A DNA stretch of 64,000 nt from an uncultured Phycisphaeraceae bacterium (GTDB taxonomy: Bacteria > Planctomycetota > Phycisphaerae > Phycisphaerales > UBA1924): positions 812-64,811 of the forward strand of contig CAZPPX010000022.1 in assembly GCA_964588585.1 (NCBI GenBank), given 5' to 3'. A model generated the notes under the pieces. The model made no database searches. It was not told where the DNA came from and saw nothing but the letters and a program-made list of their open reading frames with translations. The position numbers were made by a program, and so were the translations under genes. Every line of letters starts with the position of its first letter. Within the stretch, counting starts at the first letter, position 1. Shown piece after piece: positions 1-8,618 of this stretch.

Positions 1-922
1 CGCTCTCCCAGACGCTGACGCCGAGCATGCGGACGCCCTTGTCCTTGTATTCCTTCTGCAGTTTGGTGACGTGGGGAATGGCCTGGATGCACGGGCCGCA
101 CCAGGTCGCCCAGAACTCGATGACGTAGACCTGGCCCTTTTCGAACGAGGTGATGGGCTCGCCCTTGACGAACTTGCTGACCTCGATGGCGGGGGCCTTG
201 TCGCCAATGCCCAACGTGATCGCGGGTTTGGCGGGTTTGGCGGGTGCCTCTTCCTTCTTGGGCTCGTCCTTCTTCGCACCGTCCTGCTTACCTTCCTGCG
301 CCAGCGCCACGGCCGCGGGGGCAAACGTGGTGATGGGCTCGGCGCTCGCGCTCTTCTTCGGGGCCTTCTTCATCGCGTCGGCAAGCGGGCCGTCCATCTC
401 GCTGGGGTGACCGATCCAGGCGACCTTGCCCTCGTGGCTCACGATGAACGTGCACGGGATGCCCTTCTGGCCCGCAGCCTGCATCCAGTCCTTGCTCATC
501 GAGCGGTCTTCGTCAAAGGCCACGCGATACGCCATCTTGCTGCCCTGTTCCTTCACGAAACTCTCAACCTTCTTCAGGCGATCGTCCTTGCCGTCCTTGC
601 CGGGCTGCTCGCTGGCGGCGATGCCCATGACGACGGCGTTCTTGTGCTCTTTCTGCAGTTTGGTCAGGTGGGGAATGCTCTCGATGCAGGGCGGGCACCA
701 GGTGGCCCAGAACTCGACGACGTAGACCTTGCCCTTCTCGAACCCGTCAACCTTCTCGCCCTTCACCCACTTCTCGACGGACAACGCCGGCGCGTTCGAG
801 CCGACCTTGAGCGAGGCGGCTTCCTTGCTGCCTTCCTTTGGGCGTCCGATCTGTGCAGACGCGACGCCCGCCCCCAAGAGGAGCGAGGCAACAGTGGTGA
901 AGGCGACGAGGGTCCTGCGCAT
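1..922 (-). CDS. Secreted protein with two tandem thioredoxin-fold (TlpA/ResA-like) domains; the C-terminus runs off the window
   Basis: Hand translation of the minus strand from ATG at 920-922: MRRTLVAFTTVASLLLGAGVASAQ (signal peptide), then ...VYVVEFWATWCPPCIESIPHL... and ...VYVIEFWATWCGPCIQAIPHV... The frame stays open to position 1. It is absent from the ORF track because it has no stop inside the window. Confidence 0.8.
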   Translation of the reverse strand, partial: MRRTLVAFTTVASLLLGAGVASAQIGRPKEGSKEAASLKVGSNAPALSVEKWVKGEKVDGFEKGKVYVVEFWATWCPPCIESIPHLTKLQKEHKNAVVMGIAASEQPGKDGKDDRLKKVESFVKEQGSKMAYRVAFDEDRSMSKDWMQAAGQKGIPCTFIVSHEGKVAWIGHPSEMDGPLADAMKKAPKKSASAEPITTFAPAAVALAQEGKQDGAKKDEPKKEEAPAKPAKPAITLGIGDKAPAIEVSKFVKGEPITSFEKGQVYVIEFWATWCGPCIQAIPHVTKLQKEYKDKGVRMLGVSVWES

Positions 923-1129
923 GGTCAACTCCTGAGGGTGCGGGGGGGCTGGATCGGTTGTGGGTTCACTGAGCGGATCGATCCGTCGGCTCCGCCTCCC
1001 TGCCCGGCACGGGAAGGGAATAAGGGGGAACCCGAGAAATGATAGATGCGCCAAACAGCCGCGGGGTGTCGGGCAAAACGGGCTGATGCTTCGCTTCCTT
1101 GTTCCCACTCGATGCCACGATGCCTCATG

Positions 1130-1262
1130 CCTGAATGCCTTCTTGTTCAGTCACCATCTTCTCCTTCTCCGCGTCCCCTCCGCTCTCAGCGTTCACCGCC
1201 CCTGTCTTTCTCGGTGCATCCTCTGTGTCTCGGTGCCTCGGTGGTGACTCCCCGTCCCCGAC
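1130..1262. repeat. Pyrimidine-rich spacer sharing motifs with 46309..46498
   Basis: TTCTCCTTCTCCGCGTCCCCTCCGCTCTCAGCGTTC...CCTCTGTGTCTCGGTGCCTCGGTGGTGAC, to compare with TTCTCCGCGACCTCTGCGTTC and CTCTGCGTGCCTCGGGGG in the other locus. Confidence 0.4.
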
Positions 1263-2453
1263 TTACTTCCGCGCGGTTTCGTACTTCGCAAGGGTGTCTT
1301 TCAGCCGCGTGGCCAATGCTCCGGGCGTTGGCCCTGCACGCTCAATCGCCCTTTTTTGCAGCCGAACGGCCTCCTCAACTTCGCCCCGATCAAACCGAAT
1401 CCGCGCCAGCGTATCGAGAATCCGTGGGTCTTCCCCTTCCGCCAGTTCATTCGCCTGCACCGCCAGTTCCAACGCGACATCACGGCTGGGGGCGTGATCG
1501 ACGAGTGCCCAGGCCAGCGCGTCGAGGGCCGTCGCGTCCTCGCGGAGTCGGCCGGCGAGCATTTCACGGGCAAACTCCACCGCGGCGCGGGCATCGCGCC
1601 GGCCATCCAGAAGCGCCCGCAGTTTGAGGGCCGCGAGGCGGCCGTAGCGCTGGTCGTCAAGCCGCAGCAGGTGATCGACTGTCGCGATGACGCCTTCGTA
1701 GTCATCGGCGCGCACGGCATCACGCAACTTGCCCTGCAACTCGGCTCCGGCTTCTTCGGCCGCACCGCGGCGGGCGCGTTCGGCTGCCGCCACGCTGATG
1801 GCCTTGGGGAAGTCGAAGGTGCCGGAGACGAGTTCGTTCACCACGCGTTCGAGCGCCCGGGCCGAGCCGACCGGGTCGCCGATCCAGGCGATGCGGCCAT
1901 CGGGGGAGACGACAAACGCCGTGGGGATGCGGGCGATGCGGGCCGCGCCGAGCCACGCGGCGCGGGTGGTGGCGGCGTCGTCGAAGCCGACGGCATAGGC
2001 GATCTGATCGCGCCGCTTCTCGACGTAGGTTTTCACGCGATCAAGCGATTCGCCTTGCGCGTCTTCCCCGGCGATGCCGAGCACGCGAAGTTTGCCCTCG
2101 TGCTGCTTGGCGAGGGCCGACAGCACGGGCACGCTGCGCCGGCAGGGGACGCACCAGGTCGCCCAGAACTCGACGACCACGACGCGAGGCGGGTCATCGG
2201 GTTTGGCGGGTTCGCCAGCGATCCAGGTGCCGATGCTGATTGTCGGCGCGGCATCGCCTATGCCCAGCACTGGCACGCGGGCCGCGGGTTCGCTGGTGGC
2301 TGGTGGTGGCGTCGCGTCGGGCGCGGGTGCAAGTGGCGGGGCTGGCGGCTGCTGGGCCAGCGCGGCACCGGCCGTGAGCGCAGCCATCAACGTACCGGTG
2401 ATCGTGCACCAGCCCCGGGCAGAAACGACTCTTCGATTGGCACAATCCGGCAT
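1263..2453 (-). CDS. TlpA-like thioredoxin-fold thiol:disulfide oxidoreductase with a C-terminal helical (TPR-like) domain
   Basis: ORF 1263..2603. An internal Met at 2453 gives a signal-like N-terminus (MPDCANRRVV...LMAALTAGAALAQ). Contains VVVVEFWATWCVPCRRSVP (CxxC). The C-terminal half is Ala/Leu/Arg-rich and helical-repeat like. Confidence 0.8.
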   Translation of the reverse strand: MPDCANRRVVSARGWCTITGTLMAALTAGAALAQQPPAPPLAPAPDATPPPATSEPAARVPVLGIGDAAPTISIGTWIAGEPAKPDDPPRVVVVEFWATWCVPCRRSVPVLSALAKQHEGKLRVLGIAGEDAQGESLDRVKTYVEKRRDQIAYAVGFDDAATTRAAWLGAARIARIPTAFVVSPDGRIAWIGDPVGSARALERVVNELVSGTFDFPKAISVAAAERARRGAAEEAGAELQGKLRDAVRADDYEGVIATVDHLLRLDDQRYGRLAALKLRALLDGRRDARAAVEFAREMLAGRLREDATALDALAWALVDHAPSRDVALELAVQANELAEGEDPRILDTLARIRFDRGEVEEAVRLQKRAIERAGPTPGALATRLKDTLAKYETARK

Positions 2454-2520
2454 GACAGGCCCTCGCTCCCCCCCCGACCCTACGAGCCCCGATCCGGTTC
2501 CGGGAATCCTATCATCATCG

Positions 2521-3921
2521 GTGAGGCGATTTGCCCAGGCTCGCGTGCTCTCGTGGTCGCTGGTGGCCAGTGTGTTTCTGCATGTCGGCGGCGCGGTCAG
2601 CACGGTCTATCTCGCGCCTGTGGGTTCGTCGCTGCCTGCCGACCCGGCGGGCGACGCGCCGATGCTGTGGCTGACGCCGGAGCAGGAGGCGCCAGCCCCC
2701 ACGCCGCCACCTCAACCTCCACGCGAGCAGCCCAAGCCGGAGCCGGTGCAGCCGCCTCCACCCCCTCCACCGCCCGATTCCAAGCGCCTCGGCGTGACCG
2801 GTGGCGACGCGGCTAGTGAAAACTGGATCGCGTCCAAACAACAAGGCGAGCACGCGGGCAAAGAGAGCGAAGTCGAGCAGCCGCTGCTGCGTCGGAGTGA
2901 GGGGCAAGCCGCGTCGCCGCCGCCGAGTCCCGCGGCCACACCTCCAGCCCCAGCCGCGCCAGCGGCGCAGCCCACGCCGTCCGCTCAGCCAGCGCTCAAG
3001 CCAACCCCAGCCGAGGCACCGGCGACGGAGCCGAAGCCCGAACCGGTTGCTGAAACCAAGCCAGCCGAAACCAAGCCCGAGCCGAAGCCCGAGCCAGAGC
3101 CGAAGCGCGAGCCGCCGCGCGAAGAGGCACCCAGGACCGATCCCAAGCCGTTGCCAGAGACCGAAAAGCCTGCCGAGAATCCAACCGAAAAGCCCAGCGA
3201 CAAACCGGCAGAGAAACCAAGCGACAAGGCGTCGGATAAGCCATCCGACCCTTCGACCGACACGCACGCGAAGCCCGACGCGCCAGTCACGGAGCCGCCC
3301 GCAAAGCCAGCCGAGGATGGGCAGAAGGAACCGCTACCCCAGCCGGTGCCTCAACCTGCCTCCGCTGAGCCGCCCCCCCCCGCCACCACGCCACCGCCTC
3401 CGACGCCTGTGTCGCCACCGACCGCAGCGTCGCCATCACCCCAGCCAGTCGAATCGCGCGAGACGTTCCTCGACCTCGTCCGCCCGGCGCAGCCCGCGCC
3501 GAATCCCGTGCTGCCCAAGCCTTCGCCGCCCGCGATTCGCCTGTCGGTGGCGCAGGCCGATGCGGCATGGGCTTCGGAGAAGGACTCCGACCCCACGTCG
3601 GTGCGTCGGCGTGGCGAGTATCGCTTTGGTGCCGTCGCGGCGGGCCGGGGCGTGGAAATCTACCGCATCGTGCGTCCGCAGTTCACCAACCTCACACGCA
3701 TGATGGGCATCCAGCGCAACCCCACGTTTGACATCGTGTTCAACAAGCGTGGCGAGGTCGTCAAGGTCCACCGCACGCGACCGAGTGGGAACGAGTCGCT
3801 CGACGACAACTTCGTCAGTGCGATTCACTTCTGGCGCGCCCGCGGCGACGACTTCGACGCGTTGCCCGATGCGTCCGACGCCACCGTGACCATTCGAATG
3901 ACGTTCCTGCTCGGCTCGTGA
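2521..3921 (+). CDS. TonB-like protein: N-terminal TM anchor, long Pro/Lys/Glu-rich spacer, TonB_C-like domain
   Basis: In-frame GTG at 2521 (VRRFAQARVLSWSLVASVFLHVGGA is the TM anchor). The spacer has KPEP/PAEKPSDKP repeats. The C-terminus reads NPTFDIVFNKRGEVVKVHRTRPSGNESLDDNFVSAIHFWR, which fits the TonB C-terminal pattern. The start is uncertain; the ORF is open from 2074. Confidence 0.7.
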   Translation: MRRFAQARVLSWSLVASVFLHVGGAVSTVYLAPVGSSLPADPAGDAPMLWLTPEQEAPAPTPPPQPPREQPKPEPVQPPPPPPPPDSKRLGVTGGDAASENWIASKQQGEHAGKESEVEQPLLRRSEGQAASPPPSPAATPPAPAAPAAQPTPSAQPALKPTPAEAPATEPKPEPVAETKPAETKPEPKPEPEPKREPPREEAPRTDPKPLPETEKPAENPTEKPSDKPAEKPSDKASDKPSDPSTDTHAKPDAPVTEPPAKPAEDGQKEPLPQPVPQPASAEPPPPATTPPPPTPVSPPTAASPSPQPVESRETFLDLVRPAQPAPNPVLPKPSPPAIRLSVAQADAAWASEKDSDPTSVRRRGEYRFGAVAAGRGVEIYRIVRPQFTNLTRMMGIQRNPTFDIVFNKRGEVVKVHRTRPSGNESLDDNFVSAIHFWRARGDDFDALPDASDATVTIRMTFLLGS

Positions 3922-4056
3922 GACGGCCATCGCGCCGGAATAAACGGCCGGCGGAGGGCTGAATCATGTCCCGTCGTGGCGTCGGTACGCCAATGAGTTG
4001 GTAACGCACCTCCTGGTTCCTGCCTCGTGGCGGGTCCGGAAACTCAGGGTCACATC

Positions 4057-5007
4057 ATGACTTACGCACGATCTGCTTTCGCGATAGTTCTGGCCGCGGC
4101 GACCTGCCTTCCGCTGATGGCGCAGCCCCCGGCCGCGCCGCGCGAAGACGCGCCCGGTTGGCGCGGCGGGCCCGACGCACGCGACCCGTCGGAACGCCCG
4201 GATCGCCCCGATCGGGCCCTGCGTGCCGATCGCCCGCAACGCGGCGACCGACGCGAAGGCGAGGCGGAAGGACGCGGCCGAATCCCTGATCGCGAGACGC
4301 TCCATCGCGAGTTCATGGCCTTTCTGAAGGACCGTGGCTACGACCTTCCTGCGCCGGGCGGGCGATTCGAAAACAGGCCCGACGCGGGCAGCGCCGATCA
4401 CCCCCGCGGCAGCGCGCTCGGCGAAGGTGGCCCGCGTGGCCACGGCGCGCGGATGCGCGACGACGGCCCCGGTACGCAAGGAGGAGGTCGCCGTGCCCGT
4501 GGCGACGAGCCGCGTGCACAGTGGGGGCCCGGTCACATTCGTCCGCCCGGCCCCACGGGCCCGCCCCTCGCTGGCGGCGGATTCGGGCTGCGGGGCGGCC
4601 GCGCTGGACCCGGTCAAGTTGGCGATCGCGGTCAGTTAGATAGCCCAGGCCCGCGCGGCGGCCCGATGGGTGGCGGTCCCCGGTTTGCACCGCGAGAACA
4701 CCGTGCCGAAGGACCGATGGCGGGCCCGCGTGGAGGGCCCGGGCAGTTTGGTCCGCGTCAAGGTGCACCACATGGAATGAGCCGCAGCGGACGCGACATT
4801 GAACGTCACGGGCCGGGTGGGCCAGCCAGTCCCGGCGGCCCGCGGATGAACGACCGGGGCAGAATGGGCCGTGGCTTCGGCCCGCCGCCTCCGATGCGCC
4901 AAGGCCAACGCTTCAAGCGTGATGGCGGCGGCCCGCCTCCACACGCACCGCGTATGGATGACAACCGTCACGGCGAGCGCCACGAACGCGGCCCGCGCGG
5001 CGAGTGA
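4057..5007 (+). CDS. Secreted Gly/Pro/Arg-rich low-complexity protein of unknown function
   Basis: Signal peptide MTYARSAFAIVLAAATCLPLMAQ, followed by about 290 aa dominated by GPRGG/GGPxG/RxDR motifs. No recognisable domain. Confidence 0.55.
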   Translation: MTYARSAFAIVLAAATCLPLMAQPPAAPREDAPGWRGGPDARDPSERPDRPDRALRADRPQRGDRREGEAEGRGRIPDRETLHREFMAFLKDRGYDLPAPGGRFENRPDAGSADHPRGSALGEGGPRGHGARMRDDGPGTQGGGRRARGDEPRAQWGPGHIRPPGPTGPPLAGGGFGLRGGRAGPGQVGDRGQLDSPGPRGGPMGGGPRFAPREHRAEGPMAGPRGGPGQFGPRQGAPHGMSRSGRDIERHGPGGPASPGGPRMNDRGRMGRGFGPPPPMRQGQRFKRDGGGPPPHAPRMDDNRHGERHERGPRGE

Positions 5008-5248
5008 GCACATTCACCGTGCCACTGCTGTGCCCGGCCCCCCAACTCGGCGGGTTCGTCAGTTCCGGTTGGGACTATGAGCGCACCGATCCACCGCAGC
5101 ACATGGCGACGCGTTCAAAGCACCGCGACGCAGTGGCACGTCAGGGTTGGGCATGATTTCGTGTCCAACCCGGGCCATCGCGGACTCGGGCGCGGCGGCC
5201 CGGGGTTGCAGGGGCGGTTCTTCCTACACATCGTCCGTACCCTTGCCC

Positions 5249-7006
5249 ATGCCAACTTCCGCTTCTCCTGAGGCTCGTCCCTACACCCCCGTCCGCGCCC
5301 CGCGCGGCTCCACCAAAACCTGCGCCACCTGGGCTGCCGAGGCGGCCATGCGCATGCTCATGAACAACCTCGATCCAGAGGTTGCCGAGCGGCCCGAGGC
5401 GCTGGTCGTCTACGGCGGGCGCGGCAAGGCGGCTCGCTCGTGGGCCGCGTTTGACGCCATCGTGAAGTGCCTGAAAAACCTCGAGCCCGACGAAACGCTG
5501 CTGGTGCAAAGCGGCAAGCCCGTCGGCATCGTGAAGACGCATGCCGACGCGCCGCGGGTGCTGATTGCCAACTCGAATCTTGTGCCCGCGTGGGGCACGC
5601 AGGCGCACTTTGATGAACTGGAACGCCGCGGGCTGATGATGTATGGGCAGATGACCGCGGGCTCGTGGATCTACATCGGCACGCAGGGGATTCTGCAGGG
5701 CACGCACGAGACGTTTGCCGAGTGCGGGCGGCTGCACTTCGGGGGCGATCTGGCCGGTCGGTTGTGCGTCACGGGCGGTTGCGGGGGCATGGGCGGTGCC
5801 CAGCCGCTGGCCATCACGCTGGCCAAGGGAACCTGCCTGATCGCGGACGTGGATCGCACGCGGCTCGATCGACGGGCAGCGGATCGATATCTGGACGAGG
5901 TGATCGATGGGCCGGAGAGCCACGCGGCCACGACCGACCGGGCAATCGACCGCGCGGTGGAACACGCGCAGGCGCGGCGAGCGATCTCGGTGGGCGTGTG
6001 CTGCAACATCGTGGAACTGCTCGAGCGGCTGATCGCGCGGAACACGCGTGTGGACGTGCTGACCGACCAGACGTCCGCGCATGATCCGCTCGTGGGGTAT
6101 GTGCCGATGGGCATGATTTTTGCCCAGGCGGCTGCCGCGCGGGCGGCGGACCCGGCTGGGTATCAGCAGCAAACGCTCGCGACCATGGCCCGGCACGTTC
6201 GCGCGATGCTCGAACTGCAGAAGCGCGGGGCCAACACCTTCGACTACGGCAACAACCTCCGCCAGCGCGCCAAGGACAACGGTGTGTCCAACGCCTTCGA
6301 TTTCCCGGGCTTTGTCCCGGCGTTCATCAGGCCGCAGTTCTGCGTCGGGCGCGGGCCGTTTCGGTGGGCCGCGCTCTCGGGTGAGGCACGCGACATCTTC
6401 GTGACCGATCACGAGATCCTCAAGATGTTCCCCGCGAACGCCAGCGAGTACAACGCGCGCCTGCACCGGTGGATTCTGGGTTGTCATGCTGATTCGCAGG
6501 CGCTGCTGGCGGGTGATTTCGATCGCTGCCAAGCGCGGTTCGCGTTCCAGGGTCTGCCCGCGCGCATCTGCTGGCTCGGCTACGGCGAGCGCGACCGCGC
6601 AGGCGAACTCTTCAACCGCCTCGTCGCGGAAGGACGGGTGCGCGCGCCCATCGTGATCGGGCGCGATCATCTCGATTGCGGCAGCGTGGCCAGCCCGAAT
6701 CGCGAGACCGAGGCGATGAAGGACGGCACCGACGCCGTCAGCGACTGGGCGATCCTCAACGCGCTCGTCAATGTCGCCAGCGGCGCGAGTTGGGTCAGTT
6801 TCCACCACGGCGGCGGCGTGGGCATCGGTTACAGCCAGCACGCCGGCCAGGTGGTGGTGGCCGACGGGACACCCGAAGCCGCGGCCCGCGTGAAGCGGGT
6901 GCTGACCAACGACCCGCTCATGGGCGTGATCCGGCATGTGGACGCGGGATACGAAGAGGCGCGCTCCTGTGCGAGGGCGACGGGCGTGCGGATTCCGATG
7001 GGTTGA
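5249..7006 (+). CDS. hutU: Urocanate hydratase
   Basis: Strong family match, for example [71 protein letters not shown] and [17 protein letters not shown]. Start taken at Met 5249 ([20 protein letters not shown]). Confidence 0.95.
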   Translation: MPTSASPEARPYTPVRAPRGSTKTCATWAAEAAMRMLMNNLDPEVAERPEALVVYGGRGKAARSWAAFDAIVKCLKNLEPDETLLVQSGKPVGIVKTHADAPRVLIANSNLVPAWGTQAHFDELERRGLMMYGQMTAGSWIYIGTQGILQGTHETFAECGRLHFGGDLAGRLCVTGGCGGMGGAQPLAITLAKGTCLIADVDRTRLDRRAADRYLDEVIDGPESHAATTDRAIDRAVEHAQARRAISVGVCCNIVELLERLIARNTRVDVLTDQTSAHDPLVGYVPMGMIFAQAAAARAADPAGYQQQTLATMARHVRAMLELQKRGANTFDYGNNLRQRAKDNGVSNAFDFPGFVPAFIRPQFCVGRGPFRWAALSGEARDIFVTDHEILKMFPANASEYNARLHRWILGCHADSQALLAGDFDRCQARFAFQGLPARICWLGYGERDRAGELFNRLVAEGRVRAPIVIGRDHLDCGSVASPNRETEAMKDGTDAVSDWAILNALVNVASGASWVSFHHGGGVGIGYSQHAGQVVVADGTPEAAARVKRVLTNDPLMGVIRHVDAGYEEARSCARATGVRIPMG

Positions 7007-7054
7007 ACGAGGACGCGTCGAGCGTGGAGATGGTCGAGGTGCTATCGTCCGCCG

Positions 7055-7681
7055 ATGAGCGTCATTGCCTCCATCCGGGAAGCCCTGCGGGCGTATCGCC
7101 AGGCTCGAAAAGTTCGGCGCTGGGAGCGCGACGGCAAGCCCATCCCGATGCCGAGCGCGGCCAAGCGACGCACACTTCGCGGGTATGCCGAGAAGTATCG
7201 CCTAGCCGTGTTCATCGAAACCGGTACGCACCGCGGCGACACGATCGCGGCCCTGCGCGGCGCGTGTGGGCGGATCGTTTCGATCGAACTCGAGCCGTCG
7301 AAGGTAGTTGCCGCGCGGGCGCGGTTTGCCAGCGTGCCGGGCGTGGAGATTCTGGAGGGCGATTCGGGCGTGGTGTTGCCGGGCGTGCTCGCGGCACTCG
7401 ATCGTCCGGCCCTCTTCTGGCTCGATGCCCATTACATGGGCGCGGGATCGGGGCGGGTGGACGATCAGACGCCGATTTCTGGCGAACTGGCCGCGGTTTT
7501 GGCGCACCCGGTGAAGGGCCATGTGATCGTGGTGGACGACGCGCGGCTCTTCACGGGCCGCGACGGCTATCCAACGCTGGAGGCCGTGCGGCAGGCGATT
7601 GCCAAAGCGCGACCTGATGTGGAGTGGGCCGTGGAGTTTGATTTAATCAGGCTTACGCCGAGGGGGAGCGGGGGGGGGTAG
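7055..7681 (+). CDS. Putative class I SAM-dependent methyltransferase-fold protein
   Basis: VFIETGTHRGDTIAAL (glycine-rich SAM-loop-like), IVSIELEP, VEILEGDS, FWLDAHY. The family assignment is approximate. Confidence 0.6.
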   Translation: MSVIASIREALRAYRQARKVRRWERDGKPIPMPSAAKRRTLRGYAEKYRLAVFIETGTHRGDTIAALRGACGRIVSIELEPSKVVAARARFASVPGVEILEGDSGVVLPGVLAALDRPALFWLDAHYMGAGSGRVDDQTPISGELAAVLAHPVKGHVIVVDDARLFTGRDGYPTLEAVRQAIAKARPDVEWAVEFDLIRLTPRGSGGG

Positions 7682-8372
7682 GCGAAGGCGATGGGAATGA
7701 GTCGTCGTCGCCGGGATTCGTATTCGCGAATGCCGAGATGGTAACCTGCACGCTCGCCGCGAGCAGCGATGTAAACACGATGAACCCCGCGACCGCGAGC
7801 ACGGCACGGAGGGCCTGGCCCAAGGGTGCGGTCCACGCGCTCAGATGCCCGGTGTACGCGAGCGCGGCGAGGGCGACGACGGGCGCGCCGAGCGCGAGGC
7901 CCAACAGTGCTCGGGGGATCGTTTGTGCTCGATTGGGCCCAAGTGCCGTCCACGCGGCGGCGAGGGCGAAGAGCGCCGCGATGCCGAGGCGCGCGAAAAG
8001 CAACGGTCGCAGCGGCACACCCCGGATGGTGCGTGTCTGGCCAGCGCCGACGTAGCCGAGCACCGACGCCGCGAAGACGGCACCGGCTATGCACAGCAGC
8101 GAGAGGGCGAGCGCCTCGGCACCCTGGCCACGCCGCGCGGCGCGTATGCCGAAGACCGCAGCGAGCAAGATAATCGCTTCAAACAGGACCGTGAACCACG
8201 CCGCCGGCACGTTGGTCGCGGCACCGACCGCGCCGGCGACCGCCGAGACCCCAAGGAGCAGCGCGAGCGCGAAGAGTGGGCGACCGAGGATCATGCGAGG
8301 TTGGTGAGGGTACGCGAACGGGGGATTCGGATGCTTTGTCTGGGGTTTATCGGTCGGCGCAAGGGCGTTCAC
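7653..8372 (-). CDS. Multi-pass membrane protein, unknown function
   Basis: Five or six hydrophobic Ala/Leu/Gly-rich segments. GTG start at 8372, or ATG at 8294 (MILGRPLFALALLL). The 3' end overlaps the convergent gene by 29 nt. Confidence 0.55.
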   Translation of the reverse strand: MNALAPTDKPQTKHPNPPFAYPHQPRMILGRPLFALALLLGVSAVAGAVGAATNVPAAWFTVLFEAIILLAAVFGIRAARRGQGAEALALSLLCIAGAVFAASVLGYVGAGQTRTIRGVPLRPLLFARLGIAALFALAAAWTALGPNRAQTIPRALLGLALGAPVVALAALAYTGHLSAWTAPLGQALRAVLAVAGFIVFTSLLAASVQVTISAFANTNPGDDDSFPSPSPTPPRSPSA

Positions 8373-8618
8373 GATCCCGAAGTGGCGAAGGAATGACTAT
8401 GAAGAAGGCACCGAGGCACACGGCATCGAGGCATCCAGCGGAGGGGCTTTCAAGCATCGGGCGCGTCTGTACGGTCGATGTTCGCTCTCCAGATTGAGCC
8501 CCAACCCCATTCGGACCGATGAAGTACCACACGGGGGCGGTCCGCGCGCGGGCGCACCAGCCCGGTCATCGGGGTACAGGGCACGGGGCCCGGTCGGTTC
8601 GTTTCGCGGGAGATTCGC

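Noticed and set aside
71-2816. Plus-strand ORFs 71..1042 (323 aa) and 1356..2816 (486 aa)
   Set aside because: The opposite strand encodes thioredoxin-fold proteins with intact WCxxC motifs and signal peptides. The plus-strand products are shadow ORFs.
2690-3450. Repetitive KPEP/PAEKPSDKP DNA as a tandem-repeat element
   Set aside because: It is the in-frame Pro-rich spacer of a TonB-like protein, which is coding low complexity and not a repeat element or CRISPR.
5141-6937. 598-aa ORF on the minus strand
   Set aside because: It is exactly antisense to the unambiguous hutU gene. The Arg/Gly/His-rich nonsense composition is typical of high-GC shadow ORFs.
8440-8618. Sigma-28 (TAAA-N15-GCCGATAA) promoter upstream of fliD
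   Set aside because: There is only a weak partial match (ACCGATGA at about 8511..8518) with no convincing -35 element.
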